A DNA stretch of 64,000 nucleotides, from the NCBI RefSeq assembly GCF_004010195.1, contig NC_057752.1, positions 1,381,902 to 1,445,901 on the forward strand, read 5' to 3'. The notes beneath the pieces were generated by a model. It was not told the origin of the DNA, ran no database searches, and was given only the letters and a program-made list of their open reading frames with translations. The position numbers were made by a program, and so were the translations under genes. Positions 22,710 to 35,790 of this stretch are shown here, in pieces. Within the stretch, counting starts at the first letter, position 1, and every line of letters begins with the position of its first letter. Source of the stretch: Chiloscyllium plagiosum. Lineage: Eukaryota.

Positions 22710-24790
22710 AATAAGACCATCAGATGGAGAAGACCACAGAAGTAGGCCATTCAGCCAATCGATGCTGTGCCATCATTCAATGAGATCATGGTTGATCTGA
22801 TAATCCTCAACTCCACTATCCTGCCTTTTCCTCATAATCCCTCATTCCTTTAGATTAAAAATCTGTCTGTCTCTACCTTGAATATGCACTTTGACCCAGC
22901 CTCGCCAGCTCTCTGCAGTAAAGAATTCTACAGATTAATTCCCTCTGACAGAAGAAATTTCTCCTCATCTGTGTCTTAAATGGGCGACCCATTACTTTGA
23001 GATTATCCCCTCTGGTCCTAGACTCTCCCACAATGGAAATCCACCTTTCTGCATCTACCCTGGCAAACCTCCAAAGAAGCTTAAACAGAAATTGTTGGAG
23101 AAACTCAACAGGTCTGGCAGCACCTGTGGAGAGATAGCAGAGTTAACACCTCGGGCCCAGTGACCTTTCTTCAGAAATGATCCTTCTTCTTCTGAAGAGT
23201 CAGTGGACTCAAAGCATTAACTCTGTTTTGTCTCCACACATACCGCCAGACCCGCTGAGCTCCTCCAGCAATTTCTGCTTTTGTTTCAGATTTCCAGCAT
23301 CTGCAATTCTTGGTTTTAATCTCCCAAGAATCTTGTGTCTTTCATTAAGGGAGCCTGTCATTCTTCTAAATTCCAATGAGCACAAACCCAACCTACTCAA
23401 CCTCCTCTCATAAGGAAATCCCTCCGTACCCAGGATCAGCCTCGTCTTCCTTCTCTGGACTGCCTCCAATGCCAGTATATCTTTCCTTTGTTTACAATAT
23501 TCCAACAGTGGTCTGACTAGTGCCTTTTCCAGCTTTAGCAAAACTTCATTATTTTTAGGCTCCATTCCCTTGGAAATAAAGACTCACATTCCCTGTGCCT
23601 TCCCTATCATCTGTTCAGCTTGGATGCTAGCTTTTTGTGATTCACACATGAAGACTCCCAAATCCACCTTTATGCCTTTAAATAATATTCAGTTCTTCTA
23701 ATCTCCTGCCAAAGTGCATACCTCACCTTGTCCCACATTATATTCCATCTGACAGGTTTATGCCCACTCACTTGTCTGTATCCCTCTGTTGACTCTGTAT
23801 GTCATTCTCAATACTTGCCTTCTACCTATTTTTGTGTCATCCACAAACTTGGTGACAGTACATTCACTTCTGTCATCCAAGTTGTTAATGTTGTAAATCA
23901 TTATGGCCCCAGCACTGATTCCTCTGACAGTCCAGGTTGCAATCCTGAAAATACTCCCTGTCTCTGTCTCTTTGTCTTCTATTAGTTAGCCAAACATCTA
24001 TCCTTGCTGATATAAGACCACCAACACCATGGACTCTTATTAAGTAGGTTTATGTGTGTGATCGTATCGAATGCCTTTTTGGAAATCCAAATTTATTACA
24101 TCAACTGGTTCTCCTTTATCTATCTTGTCCATTACATTCTCAAAGAACTCTTAATAAATTTGTCTGGTGTAATTTCCCCTTTGTGAAGCCATGCTGACTC
24201 TGCCTAACTACATTATGCAATTCTAAAGGCCCTACTATTAAAACCTTTATAATAGTCTTTTTGCCTCCCTTTTTTTTGAATAAGTTTGTTACATTGGACC
24301 TTTTCTAGAATCGAAGGATTCTTGAAAGATTACTCCTGGTGCACCCACTATCTCTATAGCTACTTCCTTTATAATCCTCAGACGCAGTCCAACAGGTCTA
24401 GGGGACTTATCTGTCTCTGGTCCCAGTAGGTTCTCGAGCATTTTCTCTCTAGTGATAATTATTGTGTTTAATTTCTGTCTGCCTTTAGCCCCATGATTAT
24501 TCACGATCCTTAGAATGCTATAGATGTCCTCAACCGTGAAGATTGATGCAAAGTCTCTGTTCAACTCCTTGGCCATTTCCATTATTATCGCCCCAGCCTC
24601 ATTCTCCCAGGTGTCTATGTTCATGTTGGCCCCTCTCTTCCTTTTGGTATATTGAAAGAAGCTCTTGCAGTCTGTTTTCATATTACTTGCTAGTTTGCCC
24701 TCAATTTGTTTCCTCCCCTTTTGTTATTATGGTCGGTCATCTTTCGCTGGCTTTTAAAAAAACTTTTCCAATCCTTTGGCTTACCTCTAA
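22710..24790 (-). mobile_element. Long decayed CR1 LINE ORF2 fragment
   Basis: Minus ORFs read KTDCKSFFQYTKRKR...ELNRDFASIFTVED...DKSPRPVGLRLRIIKEVA and LVRPLLEYC. The CR1 3' UTR is at 22710-23060. Confidence 0.88.
23083..23318. mobile_element. Fold-back Penelope-derived element (family B) inside CR1
   Basis: Inverted arms with an imperfect flanking duplication (ctccaaagaagctt / ctcccaagaatctt). Confidence 0.75.
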
Positions 24791-25002
24791 TCTTTGCTAC
24801 ACAGTATCACATTGAAAGAAAAAGCATACAATGACTCTATGACTCGAAGATCTGAAACAGATAAACATTCAAATGACAATGACAGGCAATTCCAGATCCA
24901 TTAGGCTTATTTCAATTTCCTGTGAAATAGGAGGACTAACCAAGACAAGGCTCGTGCCCAATATGCATTCAGAAGGCAGAGACATGACTTGCTAAGTCCT
25001 AT

Positions 25003-25190
25003 GGCAGATACTGGAAATTTGAAATTGCAATAGAAAACGTTGGATATGCCCAGCAGGTCAAGAAGCATCTTGGAGGGACCAACAAGAGTTAACGTTTCAG
25101 GGTCTGTGACTATTCTGAAACCTTTCCTCAATTTTTCTTGCCAAAGATGCTGCCGAACCTGCTGAGTATTTCCAGTGTTTCATATTTTTA
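25003..25190. mobile_element. Degraded fold-back Penelope-derived element (family B)
   Basis: cagcaggtcaagaagcatctt...gttaacgtttcag is inverted against aagatgctgccgaacctgctgagtatttccag. Confidence 0.6.
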
Positions 25191-25474
25191 ATACTTAGGA
25201 AGGAAATATGGGCAGTGCTGTCTCCTGAACACGCTGAAATAATTAAGGATGACATTGAAAAGACTGACAAAATCCTCATATTCAACATTTCTAATTGGTG
25301 TGGACTGTGTTAACAGAATGCCAAACTATACTGCCAGAGCAATAGAATACAAGTCAGAGAAATCCATGGTGTTCTTGTCAGTCTGGCCCCCTGGCTGGAG
25401 TTCAGTTCTGCTCATCAAGGCACATGGGATTCAGTCAGGGTCCTGGCGGCACAGTGCAGGACCACAGGGCACAT

Positions 25475-25570
25475 TCTAGATTAGAGTGGTGCTGGAAAAG
25501 CATAGCAGTTCAGGCAGCATCCGAGGAGCAGGAAAATTGACGTTTCAGGCAAAAGCCCTTCATCAGGAAC
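25475..25570 (-). mobile_element. Single-arm Penelope-derived element (family A) with hammerhead core
   Basis: The minus strand reads CTGATGAAGGGCTTTTGCCTGAAACGTC (25566-25539). Confidence 0.8.
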
Positions 25571-26479
25571 CATGAGAAAGGGCCTTGAAACTAAACTGTA
25601 AAAGTACAACTGGGTGAGAGGCTTGTCTCAAAAGTACACGTCTTCACAAATACTGTCTTCGAGAGACAATTAAGATGGCTATACTGAGCATCCAGTTTCT
25701 CACCTTGTGGACTTGCAAAAACAAAAAAATGCCCGCTTCATGAGGTATCAGAGGGCAAATGATCTCATGAAACCGCACTCCCGTGTAGGAAGGGGAAGTG
25801 TGTATACTGGGAAAAGAGGTGAATTCCAGGACAAAAACAAGTCATTTCACACAAAGCTCAGGAAACAGAATCTTTCTCTACACAGCTTTTTGAACCTTTC
25901 TCCGGGATCTTGCTTTCTACACGTGAAACGGATATTACAGCTTGATCACAGCACTCCAACCTTCGTTTCCAGTAGCTGTCTACTCACTCAAAGAAAACTG
26001 CAGCTAAAGTGGAATAAATTGTTCCATTACAAATTATGTGAAACATTTCTTTGTTGGCATTACAGAGATGCCTACTTCAGAAGTCAGTCATAACACTGAG
26101 CCATTGTGCTAAAGGCAGTATAAATCATTCCCTTTATGAGGGAGTCTCCCATCGCTGGGTAGCCAGTTTGTATTCAACAAAAGGGGTCAATCACAGACAA
26201 CACTATACTTTGGATGAAAACATGTGTATTTTTATCTTTTTAGTCAGCTGATTACTGCAATGCCTGACATGTTGTGCTGTTTATAAACAGACTAAGAACT
26301 TTTTTAAAAATGTAAAACCACAGTCATTCTCGGGTTTGCAATAATCTAGGAAAGCATAAGGCTTTATTCCAGTAGAAAGGTCACTTCAGTTGGTTAAGGC
26401 AATGACTGGAGGAAGAACTAGAGGGCAAGCTAGGAGTTCAACACTGAGTAAAATCCTCATCAAAAGGACAGCAAGTTCA

Positions 26480-26920
26480 GCTTCCCACACGAGCTTTGAG
26501 AGATCTCATTTGCTTTGTTTGGGGAGGAGGTTACAGGGGGCACAAGTGGGAGAAAATAAAAGAGCAAAGGATGAAGGAACAAACAGCAAGTGTAAGAGAT
26601 TCTGTAAAAGCACAGAACACCCACTAGAAGCAATGGTTCATGCAGCAATTAATGATATAGGGCATGTGGAAAATGGAGGTCTGACTGAGGGTGTCTGAGG
26701 AATTTTGCTCTCAATTGAGATACAAGACGATGTAGGTATCAGGAATTTTCTGGTGCCAGGCACTGGACCTGTTAGGTGTCACATCTAATCTATGGCTAAT
26801 GTGAGGAGGGATGATCAATTCCTAAAGATATGGAGATGCAGCAAGTGGAACTGGTTTTAGATGGGATGCCCAATATTTAAACTGGATTGGGGTAGCAATA
26901 TTCTTGCAGAGAGAATTTTT
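26480..26920 (+). mobile_element. Decayed CR1 ORF1 (SGNH esterase-type) remnant
   Basis: AMVHAAINDIG resembles the VxVHVGTNDIG block, with downstream traces of the DGLHLN..G.NILA block. It lies upstream of same-strand CR1 ORF2 remnants. Confidence 0.5.
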
Positions 26921-26996
26921 AAAAATTTAAACTTCCTCACCCTGGCAAAAGGAAACAACCTAAAAAAGAAATTTAATGGCAACAAAATCAGTTACA

Positions 26997-27385
26997 GAGT
27001 CATAGAGATGTACAGCACGGAAACAGACCCTTCGGTCCAACTCGTCCATTCCGACCAGCTATCCCAACCCAATCTAGTCCCACCTGCCAGCACCGGGCCC
27101 ATATCCTTCCTATTCATATACCCATCCAAATGCCTTTTAAATGTTGCAATTGTACCAGCCTCCACCACTTCCTCTGGCAGCTCATTCCATACATGTACCA
27201 CCCTCTGAGTGAAAAGGTTGCCCCTTGGGTCTCTTTTATATCTTTCCCCTCTCACCCTAAACCTACGCCCTCTCGTTCTGGACTCCCCGACCCCAGGGAA
27301 AAGACTTTGTCTTTTTACCCTATCCATGCCACTCATGATTTTATAAACCTCTAAGGTCACCCCTCAGCCTCCGATGCTCCAGAGA
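26997..27385 (-). mobile_element. HER1/CR1 LINE 3' end
   Basis: ORF 26992..27360 reads EVYKIM...RTRGRRFRVRGERYKRD..GNLFTQRVVHVWNELP. Confidence 0.9.
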
Positions 27386-28151
27386 AAAAAAAAAATTCTT
27401 CAAATGATAGTTTTAAACGCAATTGGGACAAATTTCCAGACGTTATGCTGATAAACTGGCTTAGGTGGGTCATACAAAGGAGCAAAAATCATGCGGTGAG
27501 TCATTTGGCCAATTCTCCATCACTGGATCCCACTTATGGAGCATTGACCACACAAGAAATCCAAACAAATGATGGGAAGACATGATGCAATGCACTGTCA
27601 GTCATTTGCACATTAACAAAACTGGGCAGGAAGAATGCCGTGCAAGTTCTTGGCACCCCGTGTTGTTATGGCTGGACAAGGCAGTTACGTTTTATGGGTA
27701 CATTTTTTTACTTAGGCAATAAATCAAGAGAATTATTAAAGGAGAATTTCAAAACTTGGAGTAAAATTCATCTCTCACTTGTTAGTTTTGCAATGGCGTG
27801 GACTTCAGCAATTTCCCTCCCCATGCCATGTGAAACAAGTAACCAAAGAAAAGCATCAATGATCTTGAGGGTAATTTGGAAGGTACAGCAGAAATTCATT
27901 CCAAGGAAGGTGAAACACACTAAGCAGAGGATGAGGCAAACATGTCCAACAAGGGAAGTCAGGGACAGAATGAATGTAAACAAAAAACATATAATGTGGT
28001 GAAGATTCGTGAGACGCCAGAGGATTGAGAAGCCTTTAGAAACCAGCAGAGGATAACTAATATAGTATTAAGTGGGGAGAAGATGAAAAGGAGTAAGCTA
28101 GCTAGTACTTTAAGATTGCAAGAGCTGTTTTCAGATATCTGAAAAGGTAAG

Positions 28152-28548
28152 TGAAATAATTCCACAGAGGTTGGTATCCCATCACCGAGTCACCCTTTAT
28201 TTACACGTGCAGAGTCAAGAATGTGGTGCTGGAAAAGCACAGCAGATCAAATAGCATCCGAGGAGCAGGCGAATCTACGTTTCAGGCAAAAGCCCTTCAT
28301 CAGGAATGCCCATTCCTGATGAAGGGCTTTTGCCCGAGATGTCGATTCTCCTGCTCCTCGGATGCTGCCTGACCTGCTGTGCTTTTCCAGCATCACACTC
28401 GCGACTCTAATCTCCAGAATCTGCAATCCTCATTTTCTCCTGTTTATACCTGCCAGTCAGGACTCCCTGAATGAACCAGGTTACAGCCCCAATCAGGGAA
28501 CTCATATTCTATGAGGGTCATCTGGCTGACCTCATTACAATCACTACA
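28152..28548 (-). mobile_element. Probable solo LTR inserted in CR1
   Basis: The minus strand starts TGTAGTGATTGTAATGAGG and ends GGAATTATTTCA (TG...CA), with a TATA-like ggtataaa and AATAAA. Flanks are gtaag / gtaac, and CR1 sequence resumes on both sides. Confidence 0.65.
28211..28440. mobile_element. Fold-back Penelope-derived element (family A) inside the solo LTR
   Basis: Inverted arms centred on ggaatgcccattcc. The minus core CTGATGAAGGGCTTTTGCCTGAAACGTA is intact, while the plus core has GAAA changed to GAGA. Confidence 0.85.
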
Positions 28549-31346
28549 GTAACAGAGGCAAGCGTGGATATTGGACCACTGGGGAATGAGTCTGGAGTAG
28601 TAGTAATAGGGAACAAAGAAATGTCAGAGGAACTGAATAGATACTTTCCATCAGTTTTCACGGTGGAAGACACATCCCAGAGTTTCAAGACAGTAAGGGG
28701 CAGAGGTGAGTGTAGTGGCCATCACTAAGGAGAAGGTGCTGGGAAAGCTGAAAGGTCTGAAAGGGGATAAATCACACGAACTGGATGGACTACACCCCAG
28801 AGTTCTGAAGGAGATAGCTGGGGAGATTATGGAGGCATTGGTAGTGATCTTTCTGGGATCATGGATAAAGGGAAGGTCCCAGAGGACTGGAAAACGTCTA
28901 ATGAAACACCCCTGTTTAAGAAGGGAGGGAGGCAGAAGACAGGAAACCATTGGCTGATTAGCCTGACTTCGGCCGGTGGTAAGATTTTAAGAGTCCGTTA
29001 TCAAGGACGAGATTGCGGAGAACTTGGAAGTGTATGGTAGATTAGGGCGGAGTCAGCACGATTTTGTCATAGAGAGGTCACGCCTGACAAACATGTTAGA
29101 TTTCTTTGTGGAGGTAACAAGTAAGTTCAACAAAGGATTTCCAGAAAGCCTTTGACAAGGTGCCGCATAGGAGGCTGCTAAATAAGATAAGAGCCCACTG
29201 TCTTGGGGTAAGATACTGACATGGATAGGCAGAAAGCAGAGCGCTAGGGATAAAGGGGTCTTTTCAGGATAGCTGCCGGTGACTAGTGGAGTTCTGGTCA
29301 GTGTTGGGACAACTAGTCACGTTTTACATTAATGATCTGGACAAAGGAACTGAGGGCATTGTTGCTAAGTTTTGCAGATGACACAAAGTTAGGTGGAGAG
29401 ACAGGTCGTGTTTTGGAAGCTGGGAAGCTGTAGAAGGACTTGGACAGGCTAGGCAAGTGGACAAAGAAGTGGCAGATGGAGTACAATATGGGAAAGTGTG
29501 AGGTTATGTACTTTGGTAGGAAAAAGGAGTTAGACCACTTTCTAAATGGGTTAAAGTTACAGGAATCTGAAGCACAAAAGGGACTTGGAAATATTAGTTC
29601 AGGGTCCTCTTCAGATTAACATGCAGGTTCAGTTGATTGTTATGAAAGCAAATGCAATGTTAGCATTCACTTCAAGAGAGCTAGAATACAAGAGCAGAGA
29701 TGTCCTGCAGAGGCTGTACATGGCTCTGGTCTGACTGCATTTGGAATATCGTGAGCAGTTTTGGGCCATCTAAATTTAGAAAGATATGTTGGCCTTGGAA
29801 GGGGTAGAGAGGAGATATCATTCTTGTAAAGATGAAGGACTTGTGCAATGAGGACCGGTCGAGGACTCTGAGTCAGTATTCGATGGAGATCAGAAGGATG
29901 AGGGAGCATCTGATTGAAACTTACAGAATACTGAGAGGTCTGGATAGAGTGGACGTGGAGAAGATATTTCCACTGGTAAGAGAGACTAGGGCCCGACGGC
30001 ACAGCCTTAAGAGTGATTAATCTGTGGAACTCATTGCTGCAGAGGGCTGAGAAGGCCAAGTCATTGTGTGCTTTTAACACAGAGAAAGATAGCTTTTTGA
30101 TTGGTTTGGGGTCAAGGGTTACAGGGCGAAGGCAGGAGAATGGGGTTGAGAAACATACCAGCCATGATCAAATAGCAGAGCAGACTCGATGGGTCGAATG
30201 GCCTCATTCTGCTCCAGTATCTTGTGGTCTTATTTTGGCATTTGCTCAAATATATAACTATCCTGAGCCTAGGAAATCAGCCAGGGTCAGTTCACAGACA
30301 TATGATGGATGGAAATTCCTTCCTACTGAAGATTAACTGCCATCAGTTTTAACAGTATGATTGAATTTCAGGCTCAGACAATGGAGAACTATGAGAAAAC
30401 CTTTGGAAACATGGTTACCCCTAACAGATTCTACTGGACGAATGTAATTCTTCCTTTTTGAGGTACATCCTATTCATATCGCTCCTGAGTACTGCATCCA
30501 GCTCTTGTCATTAATCCATACAAGAAACAACTCAGCCTTGGGACCAGAGGAAAAACCAAGGCATGCAGTGGCTTTCTGCAAGTCTTGGGTTGACATTTAA
30601 TATGGTTCCAGGTGAAGTAATTGACCTGACAAAAAAAACGAGGGGGCCGAGAACTAGGGAAAGAAGCAAATCGTAGGGTAGCAAGATTAAGCTGTGATAT
30701 CCATAGTGAACTCGCTCAGATTTTGGTGTAGAGATCCCTTTGTTTCTGAGTTAGAAAATGCCTAGAATTCAGAAATAACGTAAGCTAGCTAGACCAGCTG
30801 ATAACATCAAATAGGATGGAAGTCAATAGTCTCATATCACAATTAAGTGGTTACAGAAGGTCCCAGGCAATACTTGTGCATGGGCAAAATTATAGTAAAC
30901 TGAAATTCAATGCAGATAAATTCAGTGTGTTTACATTGAGGAAGAAAAATACCAGACATACAGAATGAATGATGTTGCACACCTAATAAGTCCTTCTCGA
31001 TAATTACCCTCCACATGAACAGGTTCCTAATCACATTTGGTCACCCTAGTCCTACATCGTTTTATTCACCTCGCTAATGTGATGGCAAGTGAATCGGTGA
31101 CGTCTCCTCCGAAAGCTTTCCTCTCCTTCCTATAGGATGGTGCAGGTGAAAAGGCAGGGAGAGAAACAGGAGCAATTCAAAGCTCAACACTAAGCAAGTC
31201 ACATCACTGAATGCTGAGATATACTGTCAAATCAATCAAATCAAAAGCTGAGGTAGCTATGCTAAAGCTGTACAGTGCTTCTATCACATCGCTCCTGAAT
31301 ACTGCATCCAGCTCTTGTCATTAAATGCGCACAAGATACAACTCAG

Positions 31347-31427
31347 GTTCTAGATTAGAGTGGTGCTGGAAAAGCACAGCAGTTCAGGCAGCATCCGAGG
31401 AGCAGGAAAATCGACATTTCGGGCAAA
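31347..31427 (-). mobile_element. Truncated family-A Penelope-derived arm with 11-bp TSD
   Basis: TSD atacaactcag at 31336-31346 and 31428-31438. Confidence 0.85.
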
Positions 31428-31640
31428 ATACAACTCAGCCTTGGGACCAGAGAAAGTCTGAAGGCCAGAGGACTGAGTTACAAGGAAAGAATGGGAGCAA
31501 GAGGGGACCTAGATACTAAGTGGCAGAAAAGCAAACCCTGAGCATTATTTGAATACACATACAAACACCCTCTGCAAAGAGGTAGCAACCAGTGAAATAA
31601 AAGAACAGGACAAAAGTCATCATCAACATGATCGCTAAGA

Positions 31641-31671
31641 CGTGTGTGAGTGTGAGTGTGAGTGTGAGAGA

Positions 31672-31719
<48 letters not shown>
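31641..31719. repeat. Compound (GTGTGA)n/(GA)n microsatellite
   Basis: Directly visible. Confidence 0.95.
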
Positions 31720-32351
31720 AGATTGCCATTTGAATGAAAGTGGACTGGTGTGCACACAGCTCTGATGTTGAATAAGTTGCTGACACTCACTAAGTTTGCA
31801 TACGAAATATCCCACAAGGGAAACAGATTAGTGCCTGCACTCAGGTTATTGTACCCCAGCAATAGACAGTGTCTTCAAAGAGAGATAAAAATAAAATGAA
31901 AAACATAACGCTGTATTTCTGCTCAGGCTAGATTTGGGAAATCATAAACAATAAACAGTATTGTCTGTACTACTTGATGATGCCTGGGACATTCCAGCAT
32001 ATTCTATTCCCATGAATGTTTCAACCAAATTTGCTGTAATGATCAAACCAGATGTTTGTCACACAAGAAGTAAGATTGCTAACATCATCTCACATTCATT
32101 AATCTGACTAAGTTGCAACATAAAACAAAAGGCCTTGTGTTCGGGTGTAAACCACTTTTTAGGTGCATGCATAACTGTGAAGAACATAGTTAATGTGGCT
32201 GCCAATAATTCTTCCTTGTTCCAGTAATTAAATCGACTCTTCTAATCCTCTGTGCCCTTCGAAAATCTACATGGTTTTAGTCACACAACACTTCCCAAAG
32301 AATCTCTGTGGATTCTGTTCTAAACAACCTTTATTTTCGCAAACAGTGATT

Positions 32352-32542
32352 GGGGTTGGTTCGTTCAGTTGGCTGGACAGCTGGTTTGCAATGCAGAGTG
32401 ATGCCAACAGTAAGGGCTCAATTCCTACAACCAGCTGAGGACTTGCCTTCTCAACTTCTGCCCTTGCCGGAGGCGTGGTGACCCTCGGGTTAAACCAGCA
32501 CCAGTCATTTCTCTGGAACGAGAGAGCAGCCCTCTGGTCACT
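32352..32542 (+). mobile_element. Unclassified tRNA-derived SINE
   Basis: A-box-like gttcagttgg and B-box-like ggctcaattcc. The 3' part gagagagcagccctctggtc has reverse-strand copies at about 37635-37830 and 9760-9810. Confidence 0.55.
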
Positions 32543-32776
32543 TTTCCTTTTATCTGGTTGAAACATCAAGGCTATGACGCCAGCCAAGTTGAAAAGTTTA
32601 TTGCATTTATGGAATACAATAAAAGTAGCCATTTTTTTGGAAAAGACAATCCTATGGCAATATTTGAAGAGCAGAATTCACCTCGATGTCCTAGCTAATA
32701 TTTATCCAAAAAATCCACAATAGATTAGCAACACATTCCTTTGATATCAAACGCCTTTCCTTAATCACCTATCAAA

Positions 32777-33300
32777 GGCATGGTGGCTCAGTGGTTAGCA
32801 CTGCTGTCTCACAGCACCAGGGACCCAGGTTCGCTCCCAGCCTCGGGCGACTGTCTGTGTGGAGTTTGCATGTTCTCCCTGTGTCTGTGCGGGTTTCCTC
32901 CGGGTGCTCCCGTGCAACCTTTTCACACAGAGGGTGGTACGGGTATGGAATGAGATGCCAGAGGAAGAGGCTGGTACAATTGCAATATTTAAGAGGCATT
33001 TGTATGGGTATATGAATAGGAAGGGTTTGGAGGGATATGGGCCAGGTGCTGGCAGGTGGGACTAGATTGGGTTGGGATATCTGGTCGGCATGGACGGGTT
33101 GGACCAAAGGATCGGTTTCCATGCTGTACATCTCTATGACTCTATGTGCAGGTTAGGTGAATTGGCTATGCTAAATTGCGCATAGCGTTAGGTGCATTAG
33201 TCAGAGGGAAATGGGTCTGGGTGGGTTACTCTTCAGAGGGTCGGTGTGGACTTGTTGGGTCAAATGGCCCATTTCCACACTGTAGGGGAATCTAATCTAA
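32777..33300 (+). mobile_element. HE1-type SINE with a CR1 3' fragment inserted at about 32912-33143
   Basis: The SINE head and core break at gggtgctcc, a CR1 tail ending ctctatgactct follows, and the SINE then resumes at atgtgcaggtt. Confidence 0.88.
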
Positions 33301-33870
33301 ACATCATGGGATTGCCATTGATCAAACAAATGCACTTGAAATACTGTGGCTACAAGAGCAGTTCAGAGGCTGGGGACACTGTGGTGTTTAACTCACCTCC
33401 AGTCCCCCAAAGACTGTTTACCACATAACAGAAACGTCAGGAGTGTGATGGAATATTCTTCATTTGCCTGGTTAACGACACAGAAAGCTTGATACCATCC
33501 AGGCCAAAGTAGTCTATTTGGTTGGCACCTCGTCTGCCACCTTCAACATTCACTCCCTCCACCACCGACACAGCATCAGCAGAGGTTACCAAGCACAGAT
33601 GCACGAAAGCAACACATCAAGGTTCCTTCGACAGCACCTCCCACCTCCGTGACCATCCCTACCTAGAAGGGCAGTAGATACATGGGAACGCCAGTGTCTA
33701 CAAGATCCCCTCTACTGCTTGACTGTCACTGGAGTTACCCCGCCTCACAGCACTGAGGGTGTATTTACACTGCATGAACTGCAGTGGTTCAAGAAGGCAG
33801 CTCACCCCTATTTTCTCAAAGGGCAATTAGGGATGAGCAAATGTTAAATTAGCCAGCATCACCCAGATCT
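33300..33870 (+). mobile_element. Second CR1/L2-group LINE 3' region
   Basis: Homologous to 20670-21335 (gtcaggagtgtgatggaata...cagtggttcaagaaggcagctcac). Confidence 0.75.
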
Positions 33871-33942
33871 GGTGAAACAACTTTGAAAAATAATGACTGT
33901 GGAAGATTGTAATACGAGAGTAGGTGCTGTATTTCCCACAAC

Positions 33943-34750
33943 AGAGACTGCAGAGGGATATAGGCCGGTTAAGTGAGTGGGCAAAAAAACTTGGCAGATG
34001 AAATATAATGTGGAGAAACGGGAGGTTATGCACTTTGGTAAGAAGAAAAGAGGAGCTGAATATTATTTAAATGGAGAAAGACTGCAGAAAGCAACAGAAC
34101 CAGAAGGAATCCTTGATGAACCACAAAAAGCTAGCATCCAAGTTCAGTGGGTAATAGGGAAAGCAAACAGAAGATTGGTCTTTAGTTTAAAGGGAGGGAG
34201 GTTTTGCTAAAACTATACAAGGCACTAGTCGGACCACAGCTGGAATAGTGTGAACAGTTTTGTGCCCCTCATCAAAGGGGAAATATATGCATACCGGAGG
34301 CTAGAAGGTTAATTAAGTTGATCTCAGGTACGGAGGGACTGTCTTATAAAATCAGGTTGTGTAGATTATGCCTGCACCATCGGAAGAAAGACGGGCTACC
34401 TTATTGAAACATAAAAGATTCTTATGGGACTTGTTAGGATAGATGCAGAAAGGTTGCCTCCCCTTCCTGGAGTCCAGGACCAAAGGGCATCATCTCAGAA
34501 TATGGTGTTGCACATTTAAGATGGAGATGAGGGAAAATTTCCTCTCTTGGAGAGTGAAACTGTGGAATTCATTACCGTTGAGGCTGGGCCATAATAGTAT
34601 ATTCAAGGCTGAGATAGACAGATTTTTAAATCATTATGGGAATCGAGGGCTATGGGGAAAAGGCAGGAAAGTACAGTTGAGCCTTATCAGATTGGCCATG
34701 ATTTCACTGAATGGTGGAACACACGTGATGGGCTACCTCTGCTCCTACAT
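33943..34750 (+). mobile_element. CR1 LINE 3' fragment
   Basis: WQMKYNVEKREVMHFGKK and ESRTKGHHLRI...KLWNSLP. Confidence 0.85.
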
Positions 34751-35279
34751 CTGATGATACTATAAAAGTGAGTATACTTCCAAAGTACTTAATTGACTGT
34801 AAAGATCACTGGGATTTCCCCAGATCATGGAAGATCCCATACATATCCAAGTCCTTTCTTTTTTTTTTAAGTCTCAGAAATGGATAGAATATTTAGTACT
34901 TCAATGATACGTATTTTTAAAATCACATGGTGAACTACTTCATTTCGCCTTTTCTTTGTGCTCGATGTTCATTCTCAGCACACTCAGTACAGCAGGTCCT
35001 TCAACTTGATTTCATGCAGGAATCTTGCAATCTGTAAAAGTAGACTCCGATTGCCAAGCCACTAACACGTACTGAAAGAACTTTAAAACAGTTGAATCTT
35101 ACAATTTATGTTTTGGTTTCATCAGTTTGGTCAAATTTCAAGGAGGGTTTCTCTCCATGAGGTGCCGCACTACATCTTACCAAGCTCGCCCCATTAACAA
35201 CCTACCCTGTCTCTATTGGGAATTGGAGAATGGAATGTAGCAAGTCCTGGGCCTCCCCCATTGCCACCACACATGCACT

Positions 35280-35790
35280 AAACAGCCCCACTGCCCTGGG
35301 GCCGATCACGTCAATTCCCCACCCTCTCCGCCGAGGACATAGAGTCCTGGGGCTACCTCCACTGCCAAACCCTAGCCACCTGATGACTGGAGGAAGAATG
35401 CCTCATCTTCCGCCTTGGGGTCCTCCAACCACATGGGATCAATGCCGAATTCACCAGCTTCCTCATTTCCCCTCCCCCCCCCTTATCCCAGATCCAACCC
35501 TCCAGCTCAGCACCGCCCTCTTGAACTGTCCTAACTGTCCACCTTCCTTCCCTCCTATCCTTTCCACCCTCTCCCCTGACCTATCATCACCTTCATCCAC
35601 CTATCGCATTCCCAGCTACCTTCCCCCACACCACCCCCAGGCCCAACACCCTCCCATTTATCTCTCAGCCCCCTGATCAAGGGCTTAGGCTGAAAACGTC
35701 GACTCTCCTGCTCCTCGAATGCTGTCTGACCGGCTGTGCTTTTCCAGCACCACATTTTCCGACTCTGATCTCCAGCACTCACTTTCTCGC
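35280..35790 (+). mobile_element. Penelope-like element 3' fragment ending in the family-A terminus
   Basis: An ORF-end remnant (LEEECLIFRLGVLQPHGINAEF) and a C-rich 3' region are followed by a degenerate hammerhead (ctgatcaagggcttaggctgaaaacgtc) and the family-A tail. Confidence 0.82.

Larger units (their letters stand above)
27850..30235 (+). mobile_element. Long decayed CR1 LINE ORF2 with 3' UTR
   Basis: Remnants include EMSEELNRYFPSVFTVED, KLKGLKGDKSHELDGLHPRVLKEIA, FADDTK and LIETYRILRGLDRVD. The tail is gaatggcctcattctgctcc. Confidence 0.88.

Noticed and set aside
34930..35032. Minus-strand acceptor ttttacag followed by IARFLHEIKLKDLLY*
   Set aside because: The reading frame is short, there is no convincing donor and no recognisable protein match.
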